The notes under the pieces were generated by a model. It was not told where the DNA came from and did no database searches. It saw only the letters and a program-made list of their open reading frames with translations. A program made the position numbers and the translations under genes. 64,000 bases of DNA, taken from Antedon mediterranea. Lineage: Eukaryota; Animalia; Echinodermata. Of this stretch, positions 25,680 through 39,551 are shown one piece after another. The DNA lies in NCBI RefSeq assembly GCF_964355755.1, contig NC_092675.1, forward strand, positions 8,179,812 to 8,243,811, given 5' to 3'. Within the stretch, counting starts at the first letter, position 1. Every line of letters begins with the position of its first letter.

Positions 25680-27349
25680 TATCCTAAAAGAAAATAATAA
25701 TGAAATAAATATTATATAAATAAGCAGGAATTGTGTGAAAACAATGTTTAACACGATTCTATTTCTATCACATCTCCAATAATCATTCAGTAAGATATTT
25801 CTAATATTTGTAAATTTATTTATATTATATAATATATTAGGTAATTTTAATACTATTTTATAAGAATTTATATTAATAAATGAATAAATATGTAAAAGAT
25901 AATTTATCTTCATCAAGATAATAATAATAATAGGGCCTAATAATACAATACATTTTTAGAGCGCATACAGGGTAAAGCCTCTTTGCGATTAACAATAGAA
26001 AATAACAAATTTCCAATAAAATAAAACTGGAACTAAATATTAAATAATATAATATAAGCATTAATATAACTTTTAGTTTGATTGTAGCTAGGGACGTACT
26101 GTATTTTGAATTTAATGTTACAGTATAATTAATTTGTTACAATGAAATTCATGGGTTTTTGTAAAACCAGAAAAGAATTATTATAATTTATTTATATAAA
26201 CGGTGTTCAGTTTGAACTAAAATATAAAATAATATGATATTTGATTTGTTGTGTATTTGTTTACAAATAAAAATCTAAAAGTATGTCTAGTAGGACATTT
26301 GTTTTCTACATTTTAATAAACGTACTTTTAAAATTAAAATTGTGATTACTTCGTTATTTTTGTTACTCCATAATCAAATAACTTTAAATTAGATAATAGG
26401 AAATCTAACAATTATTTAAAGTTGTGAACGTCTAATTAATTATAGCATTTCTAATGTGTAATGTATTTCATCGATCAGATTTTAAAGATGTATTATCTCC
26501 CAAAAACATGACGGAAAAATGAAGATTAATAAAATCAGACATTGAATAGGCCATTGTATATTTTTAATTAAGCTGTAGAAAAATGAAAAAAAATAATGGT
26601 TTCACTTATAAGAAGCCAAATTAACTAATTGTCTGAGACAATTTGAGTATTTTTTGCTTTTCAGGTAAATAATTTTTTTTTTCGATCCAATTTTTGGTTA
26701 AAGTTTAATATTTAAAGTTACATTAAAATGGCATATTCAACAAAAACATGTTATGATATAGTCAACTGATTCATATCTAATGCAAAGTAAACAATGGAAT
26801 TCACGAAATCTCCACTACAATACCACAAAGCTAAAGAAGTCCTTTTACTTCATTAAATCTTGTGTACAAAACAATTCATTCGAGTTACTACGATACCAAC
26901 CAATTGTTGCTGTTCTTACCTCGTGTCTAATATCATTGGTCTTTATGATTCATATTAATCTTTATTGGTCTAATCATAAAAAAAAATGTAATACGAAAAT
27001 GTTTATAAACTGCAAATAAAATGTAAAAATATACATAAATATGGTTAATAACATCTCATTAAATTGGTGGTATATTATTGTAAAATGCTTCACTAAAAGT
27101 AACATAAACATAATCACTTTACGATTGTCATGGTGTCATTTTTATGACATTCATGACAGACTACAATTTATATTGTCACGTCATTTTCGCCATGACTATA
27201 GTCTTTATTGTCATCACCATTGAACCACCATGACTACGATCATTATCATTATTTGTTATCATAATCATGGTTACAGTCATTGTCATTTATGTTATGTTAT
27301 CATCACTGTCAAAACGGTCCAACATGTCTAGCTCCCCAGCTAGCAATCA

Positions 27350-28310
27350 CACGTTGTACCGACGTTGGCGTAAGGTCAACAGTTACGTTGGGCCAACAAC
27401 TTTAGGCGACGTAGGCCCGACGTAATTTTTTCCATCGGCCCTTAGTGGGCCCAACGCGTTGTACAGACATCGGAACAACGTGTTGGGGCGACGTCGGCCA
27501 AACGTCGTCGTTTATGGTTGGCTTGACATCTTTTACCGACGTAGGCCCGACGTTACTGTTACCAACGTAGGCCCGACGTAATTTTTTCCATCGGCCCTTA
27601 GTGGGCCCAACGCGTTGAACAGACATTGGAACAACGTGTTGGGGCGACGTCGGCCAAACGTCGTCGTTTATGGTTGGCTCGACATCTTATACCGCGACAT
27701 AGGCCCGACGTAATATTTTCCGTCGGCCCTTAGTGGGCCCAACGCGTTGGACAGACATCGGAACAACGTGTTGGGGCGACGTCGGACAAACGTCGTTATT
27801 TATGGTTGGCTTAACAACTTTTACCGACGTAGGCCCGACGTTACGTTTACCAACGTAGGCCCAACGTTATTTTTTACATCGGCCCTTAGTGGGCCCAACG
27901 CGTTGGACAGACATTGCAACAACGTGTTCGGGCAACGTCGGACAAACGTCGTCATTTATGGTTGGCTTAACATCTTTTAACGATGTTGGCCCGACATGTG
28001 TTTGGTTGACGTCGGCTTAACGTCATATACATTACGTTGGTCTAATAACTTTTGATGACGTTGGTTCAACGTATTTTTTTATTTGTCGTGTCTAGGTTGG
28101 CTCAACGTGTTGGGTTGATGTCGGCTTAACGTCATTTATATTACATTGGTCTAACAACTTTTGATGACGTTGGTTTAACGTAATTGTTCTTCGTTGGGCA
28201 TTAGTTCGCCCAATGTGTTGGGTCAACGTCGGCTTAAAGTCATAGATTACGTCGGTCATCGTATTTTGTATTCGTCGGTTATGCGTGAGCACAACGTGTT
28301 GGAGTAGCTG
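27350..28310. repeat. Left subterminal repeat array (132/156-bp units built of ACGT-core sub-repeats)
   Basis: GGCCCTTAGTGGGCCCAACGCGTTG at 27437, 27593, 27725 and 27881. Confidence 0.9.
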
Positions 28311-30434
28311 TGTTAATTTACATCGATTCACCGTAGTAAATAGATTGTACCATCGAATGAATATGAATGAAACTTAACAATTAAATAATGCCGGTACTCT
28401 GCAAATATTGGATTGGAAATTGTTTTTATTAAAGGTATAATTATTTAATGATAAACAATTTAAGTAAAACATTTAAAAACTAGACAATTAAAAATCAAAT
28501 AAACTATATAGATTTGAACTCGTCTCTTAAGAATGTAAAAATGTATAATTAATTGCAACGTTTGATTACATTTTAATCAAGTTTTTAACATTTCATCAAT
28601 TCGGAAGTTAATTTGAGCACACATTTAATCATGAGGGCCACTTTTCATCCTGAGGGGCTATAGATTACAATTTACTATATAGATTAAATTAATTAACCCA
28701 TGTTGTTCAAATGTTGAGACATAATGAGGTCATCAAAATTAAAAAGTTTACTACTCATGCGAGGAATGATTTATTGAATAAGAAAATATTTAAAGCTGGG
28801 AGAAATGGGGTATCGATAAGCGAGATGCGCTCTTTTAAATATGAATAATAGTACCAAAGAAAAAACAAATCCTATTTTACAAAATCTACTGGCAATATGA
28901 TGCCGTAAAAGCATCCAGTATACGGATAACCAACAATTCAAAAAAAAAGTTCATCATCATCATCTATGGTATCTTCGGCTTCGTCGGTGTTTGCTGCTGC
29001 TGCAGCTGCTACAAAGAGAAAAGAAAAGCAAGTTATTGTCAATTAACTGTAAATTATATGCGTTTACTAAATACACACATAGTGATTACAAACCATAAGC
29101 TATAGTAGAAAGCTTATCGCATTGCAATTTATTTAACACAATGTTAGTTTTTAGTAAAAGTTGTACAAATTTCAAAAAGCGCGCACCGCCGCCCTTTTAC
29201 GTGCCCAATTAATTTTATTCCAAATCTTTTATCTTTTTGCTCAATTCATCATCTTCATGTTTACTTTGATAACGCCATCATACCAAAAAAAATAGAACAT
29301 AATGTGGGTCCCGTAATTTCACCTATGCTACATTGTATATAGATGTACATATGCTGTAGATAATTATAACTCAGCACTATAAGCGTAAATGCATCAGGTC
29401 AAAAGATGCCATAATTATACAGTATCAACATTTTGCGATGGTATTTTAACGTAAGTGCATGATTTGTTTTAAAATAAATGTCAGTAAAATTATAAAATGA
29501 CATCACTTATAATTCGTTAAAGAGACGAATTAAATTCTAGTTTGAAAATTAGTAGTCGTAATAAATAACCACCAGCATGGATTATTGTTGTTGCCGTCAT
29601 GATGGTGGTTTAAAATGACTTGATACCTGATTTACAAGTAAAGTACAAACATCTTTAAATACTAAATTTAACTATTGAACTGACCTTTCTTCTTTTGTTC
29701 CCTAAGTTTTCTTCCCCCAGCTCTGTCCTTGCTGTATTTCAGCCAAGATTTTATTTTATTTTCACATGTGGCCTCCGTCATTCCGGTCCATGATCTTCTA
29801 GCTGAAACTGCAAAGTGTACAAACATTGTGCATCAACAGAATACTTTATCTCATGTGAAAAATATATAATCAAAAGCCTCTTGCTTCCCTATTAGCAAGA
29901 TAAAACAAGCAATTATGCATTTGAAATAATTATTTTAATAATACTAAATAAGATTTTTAAAATATTATTTTGAAAACGAGGAAGAGACATCCAATTTTAT
30001 GTGTGCATCTCCGTCCAAAATCAGTCAGACGGTAATTCATATACACACTTTGAAACACCAGTTCTCGTCAAATCACCGAAGCAATGTTGGGACCAGTGTA
30101 TATCTTGGAATGGCGGGTGCTGTTTATTAGAGTATTTACCTTTTACAATTTTTGAAAGCTTTAGTCCTCTGAATCCCTTCTTATCCCCTCTTCCCATCCA
30201 ATTAAATTCTGAGGCAAGTGTGTTTGAAAGCAGATGACCCATTATCCTATTGAGGACATCTGTTTCATTGTGGCCACCAAGACTGCATAATCGCAAAATC
30301 TAAAATATAAAAATAAAGAAATTGTTAAAACAAGACATTTTCAACATAACGTAGATGAAAAACATTAGTTAATATTGTTGATTAAAGTTTGCGGCACACC
30401 ACGTAAATTAGTTCTGAAAAGAACTGTTGAGTTT

Positions 30435-30474
30435 CTCGACGTTTCGATCAATGTGCTTTAATCTTCCTCAGGAG
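30435..30474 (-). ncRNA. Minimal type-I hammerhead ribozyme (Penelope pLTR type)
   Basis: CTC-CTGAGGA-A-GATTAA-AGCACA-TTGATC-GAAA-CG-TC-GAG: full catalytic core, stem II, palindromic stem III, 3-bp stem I. Confidence 0.65.
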
Positions 30475-31179
30475 GCCCATTCTCACTCATGAGGATGATC
30501 AAAGCACAAAACGCAAATTTGATTTCGCCATGCAAACCTTCAAACAATACATTAATCAATTTGGTTTAACATTAATTGAAATATTTGAATACATCCTATG
30601 TAAAGCAGAATGATTAATTAATTGAGAACGTTGTTATTATTATTTTAAGTAAAATATTAAACCTACTAGGGCCTTTTGATTTGCCTTTTCTTTAAGGCTT
30701 TCTTCAATATTCTGGATGTCATCCATTGAAGCCGCCGGCAAATCAAAAACATCATTAGTGTCACTGGCTTCCTCCGACATGGTACCTCTTTTTAAAATTG
30801 CTTGTAACAACAAGGAATTTTGCCGCACCTGGCCCTTTATTTCTTCAAGTAGCGTAAACATCTCATGATCTATTGATATGAAATAACGTTCTTAATACTT
30901 AAATTATTTATGTTTAAACAAATGTTGTAATAATTAGTAATGTTACATTGAAGCAGACAAAAACAAAAACCCAACAGTTACATCTATGAACACTATAATG
31001 ACTTGCTTGCTGTAGTTATACAGTATTCTAAAAGTCTCCCTCCGTTATATTTAATTTTTTTTAAATTTATTCTGATTTTAGGCAAATTGCACAAACATAT
31101 ACACAAGATGCTCTACATAAACAAGAACTTATTATTAAGTCTTTGGGAGTGGAGTTGTAAATTGTCATGAGAAAAAAAC

Positions 31180-31252
31180 CCTGACATATGACAGGGCTTG
31201 AACCCAGGACCCTTAGATTGGTAGACAAGCATCATAACCACCAAGCCACAGC
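31180..31252 (-). mobile_element. Degenerate tRNA-like sequence (SINE head or tRNA pseudogene)
   Basis: GCTGTGGCTTGGTGGTTA (A-box-like) ... GGGTTCAAGCCC (B box). Confidence 0.5.
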
Positions 31253-32952
31253 TAAGTGTGTCATATTGAGATAAAATGGAAATATTATAGATGAAAAATT
31301 GAATATTTCTTACCATTACTTTTTGTTTCAAGTGAAGACGTACTTGCTATAAAAAGAAATGAAACGTAACATTATAACGTGCAATATAACCTTGATCCTA
31401 TTATTGTATCTATCAGTATCTATATGCCTATTTGTCTATTCCCTCCTCCCCTGTACTAGAAACATAACATACCGTACGAATCCATGCTTTCATCGAGTGG
31501 TGGGGTGGTAGAAATGCTGTCATTTTCAGGCTCAAAATTAGGAAGAGCAGGTAAGCCGGGAGGTAGGCCCAAGTTTTATTTGGCTGGCGTGCTTGTTCTT
31601 GTAGCTTTATCGCTTTCAAAAAATCTGGCAGGTAAACTAAACAAATATATAAATGAATTAAATAATTAGAAATACTGTATCATAAACATTAAGTATGGGA
31701 TCTCAAATTGTTATGGACCTTGCATGCTGACGTGCTTATTCATTCATTACTGTAAATCATTTAACTTTATTTCGGCCTTAATATCCATAGAAAACATTAC
31801 ATACAGTATTAACAGAAGTTCATCCACAAACTAAACATGAATTGATTTAACTAAAGGAAAAGCTCGTACTGATGTTACGACGTGCTGATTATAAGATCTA
31901 ACATAACATGAACAATCAAAACCTTCAAATAATGAAAAATGCTGCTGAAAGGGTACAATAGTTCGTAATATGAAGTACTTAGTCTTATACCTTCTCTTTC
32001 TGGGCATTTCAACCTCACTGTCTGTGGTTTCTAAGTCTGACGTTTCTGTAGCTTTCTTCAGTTTTTGCCTTGCCCTCTCATATGTAGCTATACAAAAGAA
32101 GACATATACTACCAATTACTATACTAATTACTAATATGATGATTATTTTCGTCTACTTATGGTGACCAGTACGATCCGATTTAAACACTTTACCAATATT
32201 TTAAGTATGGGCCTAATAAGAACATTAAAATATACCTGTCTCTTCTAGGACCCGTATTTCAAACTCCTGCCACAGTTCTGTTGGTTTCTCCTGTATTTCT
32301 ATTGCACGTTTTACTTTCTGGATGGACCGGTAATTAGGCCACCAGCATTTATCTTTTCTTGCACTAACCCAAGAAAGTGGGACGGCTTCCACTTCTTCTG
32401 AATTGTTAAAAACAACTACTGCATACATCTGCATTCATCAAATCCACAAAGAGCAATTCATAAGTTCTGTCACACATACAGTATTAGCAATAATGTTTGA
32501 CTAATTTAGTTGTTTTTTTTTAGACACAATAACTATGAAGATAAATAATAGCCTATACCATGAAAAGAACTCTCCATAATGTTTAAATAACCTCTCTGTA
32601 TTATGTATACAAATTTAACACCATGTTCTGTGAAAATTAGTAATATATTGCTAATTGAATACGTAGAACAAATTCATACAATAGAATTATCTCACAAGAG
32701 GTGAACAACAATTATATCGAGTAATAAAATGAAATATAAAATGAAAACTAAGTAAAAAATGAACACTTACAATGAATTTACAAATTTGGAGTAGAATGCC
32801 TTTATTATGCATTTTTAGTTTAGTTCAAAGAAATATTAACATCCTGTTTGCATTAAAAAATACATCAAGATGCGAACATATTTATTTAGAGGTCCACCTT
32901 AAAATAATGTAGACCTACCAACCGAGACTCAAATTCATAATGAAAATCATGA

Positions 32953-35280
32953 TCATAATCCTAAATTGCTATGTTCTGTGTGGATTAATGGAACAGTTAC
33001 AAAGCCAGCCTTGTACGGTAGTAATATGATCTTGGCTCTTATATCTGAAATTGAAAACTGGTAAAAGTGGCGCTTTAAACGTTTAACATATGCTATGTTT
33101 TATTTCCGTGAATCTAAAGGATATTGAAAAAAAGATGACGGCTCTCTAAATTTTACACATAGTAATGTTGGAACTGAATCAACAACAAGGATATTTTTGA
33201 CCTGAAAATAGTCGTCACCAACAAGAATGGTATTATCACCTTGTTTGATTGATAGCGTGTACTCATCTTGAGTGTGTATTTCTGTGAATTGTAAACATCT
33301 GGGGAAATTAAGTGGAAGAGGACCTGAAAAATGTTGCTTTTTAAATGGGTTTACCTGTTTTTGCGTTGGAAATGGCCTATTAATTTCTGCTTCCTCTGAT
33401 AATCTGCGAATTACTTGCTGAATAGGAAACTGTGGTTTCTTTATCATTCTCTTAATTTTTTTAAGATAGTTTTCATATGGGAATGATGAAAAATTATCCA
33501 ATGGCCCAAATTTTCTTACATCATTTGCTAAGTGGATTAAAGCGTGAACATTATATATCAGCATATCTGACCCATACAACACTTTGCAATGTTGTACGAA
33601 AGAGCGAATAATTTGTTCTGCATAGCTACAGTACTTCATGCACATTGAAGGACTACATAATATTCTTATTCCTACATGGAACAATAAAAAATGATAGTAC
33701 ATATCCTGAGACAAATTATCCTTTAATGATATCAATGAAGAATACAGAAGAAAAGTTCGAAACTCTGTAGCTTTCCATCTATCCACCTCTGACAGCGAAC
33801 GGCCCTTTCGAGCTAATTCGCGTGGCATATATGGAATAAATGAGACAATTGAATCAGATATATTATCAACTATGCGCCTTCCTAATCTAGTTTGCAAGGG
33901 ACCTTTCATCCAAGTATGTAAAAGTCGTTTCATTATACCTAAACAAACCAAGTGCATAATATAATCTAACGGGAACTGTGAAACCATACCTATTTTGATT
34001 TTTTGAAGGCAGCTTTCTTTATGGTGATGATCCTCAGTTACCTTTTTATCGAACATGTCATCAGTTCTAATTTCCGCATTCATTTCAGGAAATGTCATTC
34101 TGTGATTTTTATACTCACCACTTTGGACACATTTATCACAGCCATAGTAACCATTGTGAGCTTTTGTACACTTTACAAATGACCTGGCAGGGGTGTCACA
34201 AATTACGTTTAAAATCGTAACATTAAATGTTGTGTCATGTACAGTAATCCCTTCAGTTTCAATTGTCAACATTTCCCTAACGAATTCATCTAGGTATGCA
34301 TTTGCATCTGTTGGCTTAGAAGTTCCAACATACAACCCAATTATGAAAGGGCCAGTACTTTCATACAATTCCAGTCGGCCAAGTATTGGCCAAAATTGGA
34401 CATTACTACTTTTAAAAAGTGGTAAACCATCAACGAAGATTTGTAGACGTAAACTAGTGATACCACAAAACTTGTCATCGACAGAAAAAATAGAAATTAC
34501 ATTTTTGGCAATTCCGAAATGATGGTATGTCCCTCCTGCAATGTCCTCTAGTCGGTATGAAGTAAGTGTATGTTTTAATGTTCGTGCATCTTTTGGAAGA
34601 TTTGGTACACAAGTTTTAAGAATACTAAGAAGTGAAGTAACATGACATGATGGTGTTTGGCTCTCAATAGCCCATCTACAGAGTTCATTTCTTATCGTAG
34701 TTGAAGGATTAATGTTGTCTTCCTCATCATCGGACAGAGAACTAGAGGAAGTATTGCCCGGACTACTTGAAAAATAAGGAGGATGAGATAGGCTAAAATT
34801 ACTACTACCCCCACCACTGGTAGTAGTGGTAGTATTAATAATAGTAGAACTAGTACTACTATTACTACGATCAATATCATTTATACTACTGCTGCTACTA
34901 CTGCTGCTACTAATTTCAATTCTGCTGATATTACTACAACGTTTGGGACTATTTTTAGTTAGGCTACAACTGGAAGTAACACTACTACTACTTGCTTTAT
35001 TAAGACTACTAACACTCTGGTCATCATGACTAGTAGTACTAGTAGTGACATTGTCAGTTTGGCTATTATCAGAAGGAGGTAGAGACGGAGTAATATTGAC
35101 ACTTCCGTCGTCAACGTGTTCATCATTATAATAACGTGGATTAATAGGCCTAATTACATTATCCGTATCAAAATTCACATTAGGCCTAGGCCTACCAATT
35201 TGCCCTACAATCTCATTAGCCCTTCTTTTGGCTCTATTGCGGAGAGTTCTTTTACAGTAAATTTTACTATTTACATTCAT
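32953..35280 (-). pseudogene. EnSpm/CACTA transposase (TnpD-like), single exon, with a premature stop at 33100-33102
   Basis: Motifs VDGLPLFKSS..QFWPIL, ICDTPAR, HNGYYGCDKC, LDY(I)MHLVCLG, WKATEFRTFLLY, YNVHALIHL, GPLDNFSSFPYEN. The frame continues past TAA into a family-typical tail (..IRAKIILLP..VTVPLIH..*). Confidence 0.9.
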
Positions 35281-36233
35281 AGTTACAGTAATACAGTACT
35301 GTTTTAATAATTGTAAAATGTTGTTCAAATTAATATAATACAAATGTTCTATTATTACTCACTGTATTTGAAGAAGTCGAACAATTGATGAAACAGAAAA
35401 GGTCAATCAGGAACTTTTAAATAATATTTCAGTAGGCCTACAGTTTCGATGACAAAAAGTTTTTGAGCAGCAAGTTCTGAGCGTGATAAAGGGACGACAG
35501 CGTGTGCTAGAATGTTTTTTGGTCTTTTCAATGGTAAGCTACCGTCAAAATCAATCACGCTTGTAAATCAAATTCCAACAGGCAAGGACATTCGCGGACT
35601 GGAAAGTCAATCACAATCCGTTCATGATAAACGAATGCAATGTAAAGTAGTTTGACAGTAAGGTACCCATGTTACCCACATCATAGAATTTTGAAGAATG
35701 TTGGATTTGTATTCTATATATTATTATACTGTACTAGGCTCATCAACTAGATGACACGTACAAATAATATAGGCACTCAGTACTAAAAGTGTATATACTG
35801 TATATGCATCAGATATGCATCAGGTCATATCATAGTATATCGCAAACATTCAATTCAACATTTATTTCTACCAAAATCAAACATCAACATATGTATATTT
35901 AATAAACAAAAATATAGTAATAAAAATAAAAACAAAAACAAAAAGCATCATTTGGTCGAGGCAGAGATTCCATACAAAAAAGTATTACATCAAGTACACA
36001 TAGACCCTGATGATTAAAGATTAAACGAACTGTTTGACAAAAATCCTAGCCGAATGAGAGAACGGAATAAGAGCAGTATGTATAGATACAAAATAGAATT
36101 AAATTAAATTACTGCAGTTCCATCACCACCACCTTGTCCCAATTCTTCTCAATTATTTTCTTGAGTCCAGATAAATTATGATTCATTGTAGTATAGGCTT
36201 ACAGTATTCGTTTTTCCCGCGATAACTCCTATT

Positions 36234-36428
36234 AGGAGTTGCGGGTCGGAAAGTGTGAGTTGCGAGTCGGAAAGTGCGAATTGCGAGTCAGAAAGTGCGA
36301 GTTGCGGGTCGGAAAGTGCGAATTGTGAGTCAGAAAGTGCGAGTTGCGGGTCAGAAACTGCGAGTTGCTAGTCGGAAAGTGCGAGTTGCGAGTCGGAAAG
36401 TGCGAGTTGCGAGTCGGAAACTGCGAGT
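36234..36428. repeat. 21-bp minisatellite (GGAAAGTGCGAGTTGCGAGTC) x ~9, probably one arm of a MITE
   Basis: Direct reading. It starts at the palindrome AACTCCTATTAGGAGTT. Confidence 0.85.
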
Positions 36429-39083
36429 AGATATCGGGGTTGACAACATGCAGAATAAACACAAATACATGCTTTGTTCAAGTACACGTACAGTACATGA
36501 TTGTAGGCATATGTCAAATGTATTACGTGTATTTAAAGTAACTTTAGCAGAGTACAGGGCCCACAACTACAATGTAGAAGGGATTATTATTACTTATACA
36601 GTATTGTTTGATGAATGTGTGATACAGTTGTATTTTAGTTGTTGTTCAACTCGATGATAAAATGTACACAAACTAAGATTGTAAAATGGGTGTAGCAATT
36701 ATGACCTCATCGCATAACTTTGATATATATGAGTTAGTTTTTGATCAAACTGAAATAACTCATCATCTTTAAGAAGAAATTTAGATTATTATATTTTATT
36801 TTATTAATTTCGGCAAAAACAATTATACAAACATAACAATACAAAAAATAGCTAGATTTTGCGCCATGGAGCAACAAAAGAGGCTAACACAGCTTCTGTC
36901 GCCAATTAGGCGTGCCACAAAAAAGATGACATCTTACTTTAAGTCACAATCCCTTAATTGGTATAGCACACAACAAGTGTCCATGACAGGTAAATTTATT
37001 GGCCCTTTGGTTGGGAGAACCTAGTACAAAAGTCTGCATATAGACTTATTTATTTATTATGATTTATGAAAATGATTGTACAATTTAATAAAGTTAAAAG
37101 TAAAGTATAAAATAAAAATGCATTAAAATCATCTGGTATGCTAAACTGTCAGACTTCTTATATTTATTAGAAGGTAGCAGACACAAATACCTGCCCCAGG
37201 GTGGGAGTTATTTGCTTCATGGAGACCATGCATGATTGCAATGATTGAAATCACAGGTTAAATCCTTCACAGAAGAATTCATTTTGATTCATTATCTCTG
37301 AATCCCCATCCAACCACCAACCCCACCTCAGCTCATCCTCTCATTCTCAACCAACATCCACATACCATACATCCTTGAGATGGTTCAAATGTACACTTTA
37401 AATCAGATTATTTTGATACAACATTACCCCTAAATGCCAGTTTTTCCTTATTTTTGTACATGAACCTTTAAACAAAGAAAAATCTGCGAGATCTATCTTT
37501 TTGTATGAATGATGGTTATTTCTTTACCATGAAAGAGTTCGTCGTTTTTTTAATATTTACGGTTTAAAAACAAGAGTATATCCAATAACAATAAGCAATA
37601 CAGCAGACGGAATTGTAATTTATAAACCGGGTTGGGGTAAGAGTCTCCACCAAGTCACATATAATTATACACCATCATTATCGTCGGTATAATGTTAATG
37701 TGAAATGTAAAAGAATATTTATATCAAGCACCTTGATTGAATTTGTTGTATTAAAAATCATTGTCAATTCAATGCAAGGTTTCGATTTTACATGAGATTA
37801 TCATTCTTCATTGATCATCACATTATATATTGTTTATCTATCTATACATTCAAATCTACGAGTAGTGGTGTTCACAGAATGTCTACCCAGGGAGTTGTAT
37901 ACCTATGTACATTCTCCTTTGTGTTTAAATTAAGCATTTTGTAATCAAAATGTTGAGCTATTTGCTAGTTCACCATTCATATCATAACCTTGAATGATCT
38001 GTCTTCTGGGACTGTTTAGTGACCTTTGAGATATAAACACAGGATTTTATGAGAATTCTATGCAAATCATGCTTATTACAGTGTATTCTGTTTTCGTAAA
38101 TGACCGATTGGACTCCAGGACATTCATATCGGCATGTGAATAAAGTAAAAAACAGAGAGCTATGGAAAGTTACAAATACCCAAATCAATTACAAAAAATA
38201 GACCCTTTTATCATTCATCATTGCAAAGTGTTAAAACAAAAATCAGTACATTGTTTATTGGAAAACATATCAAATAATTTACATAAATACATAGTCAAAT
38301 ATCGTATGCGGATAAAAAGGTATACATTCTGAACTCATTAAATTATTATTAACCAAATAGGTTTGATTGAATTTCAAACGGGCTAAACGGATGTTCACTG
38401 GTATTTGATATGGCCTAATTTTCTATTTATAATTAAATAAATAATTTCTATGTATAATATTAATGACCATTTATTACACTATCCAATACTGATAAAAAAC
38501 CAAACTATTATGTATAAGAAAATCCTAAAATTGATTGTATTTGTAAAATAAAATATCACTGTATTATTTTACGAAACCTCATTAGGGCTTTTGTTTGTTG
38601 ATTATGCCCAGTCGAATTTGAAAAACACTATGAAAGCACCAGCATATCAAGCGAGGGTTCCTAAATTTTTCTTATTCTCACAGATTTCCTCATTACATGA
38701 TCGTTTTAAAATAATTAGTTAATTAAATTATATCACCGGGCGGCTAAGAATGAATGTTCTGTACCTACAGTGGGTCTGGGGTGTGTGTGTTTGTGTTACA
38801 TTTCAAATGTGTTGTTTGGGCTGTATATATTTGAACCGATACATTTCTTTCATTTTTCTGTACATAGGTCTAATAATATAATTATGAATTATTACAATTG
38901 CCCAATTCTACTTAAAACATTCAATAGAATGAATTGAGTATGATTGGACATTAAAGTATGTATTGATTTATATCCAAAGGCAAATTACTGAAAAAATGAC
39001 AATGCTGTGGCTGGATCTCAATGGAGATACAAAAAAAAGAGAAAGCTAAATCAAAACGATAAGTAAAACAGTCAGAAAAGTTA

Positions 39084-39120
39084 GCAGAGCTTTCGGCCAA
39101 CACTAGCCCTTCATCAGTGC
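39084..39120 (-). ncRNA. Minimal type-I hammerhead ribozyme (Penelope pLTR type)
   Basis: GCA-CTGATGA-AG-GGCTA-GTGT-TGGCC-GAAA-GC-TC-TGC, next to a (TA)n tract. Confidence 0.65.
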
Positions 39121-39282
39121 AAGTGATTTATATATATATATCGTCTCTGGCTTTTTTTAAAAACATTTAGGAGAGTACATCCGGGCATCCGTGTCAAGTC
39201 GACTCGATTTACACGTGGAATTAGTTACATATCCCATTCCCAAGAATACCTACAGTAATGCATTTTTGCACGCTGGTAGGAG

Positions 39283-39551
39283 TTTTTTTTTTATTTGATT
39301 TGAGTATTTAAAAACTTTAATTACTCTCTGTTTTTGCATACGCTGTTTTTGATACTTTATTCACATGCCGATGCGAATGTCCTTCAATCCTGTCGGTTGT
39401 TTACGATATAAGCATTGGCATTCGGTTTTCGTAAACAACCGACAGGATTGAAGGACATTTACATCGGCATGTGAATAAAGTATCAAAAACAGCGTATGCA
39501 AAAACAGAGAGTAATTAAAGTTTTTAAATACTCAAATCAAATAAAAAAAAA
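39283..39551. repeat. Near-perfect inverted repeat, ~123-bp arms with a 22-nt loop
   Basis: ...CCTTCAATCCTGTCGGTTGTTTACGA / TCGTAAACAACCGACAGGATTGAAGG... Confidence 0.9.

Larger units (their letters stand above)
28938..32428 (-). pseudogene. CACTA accessory gene, DUF4806 (BEN-like) protein. Exons 32428-32236, 32087-31991, 31636-31473, 30869-30667, 30299-30140, 29807-29685, ~29010-28938
   Basis: GT-AG introns with consistent phases. N-terminal MYAVVVF..VEAVPLSW...CWWP motif and C-terminal LGG....LNRIM..LASEFNWMG...IKSWLKYSKDRAGG. In-frame TAA at 31576-31578. Confidence 0.8.

Noticed and set aside
34193-35307. Plus-strand and alternate-frame ORFs overlapping the transposase
   Set aside because: Shadow ORFs of the coding and low-complexity sequence.
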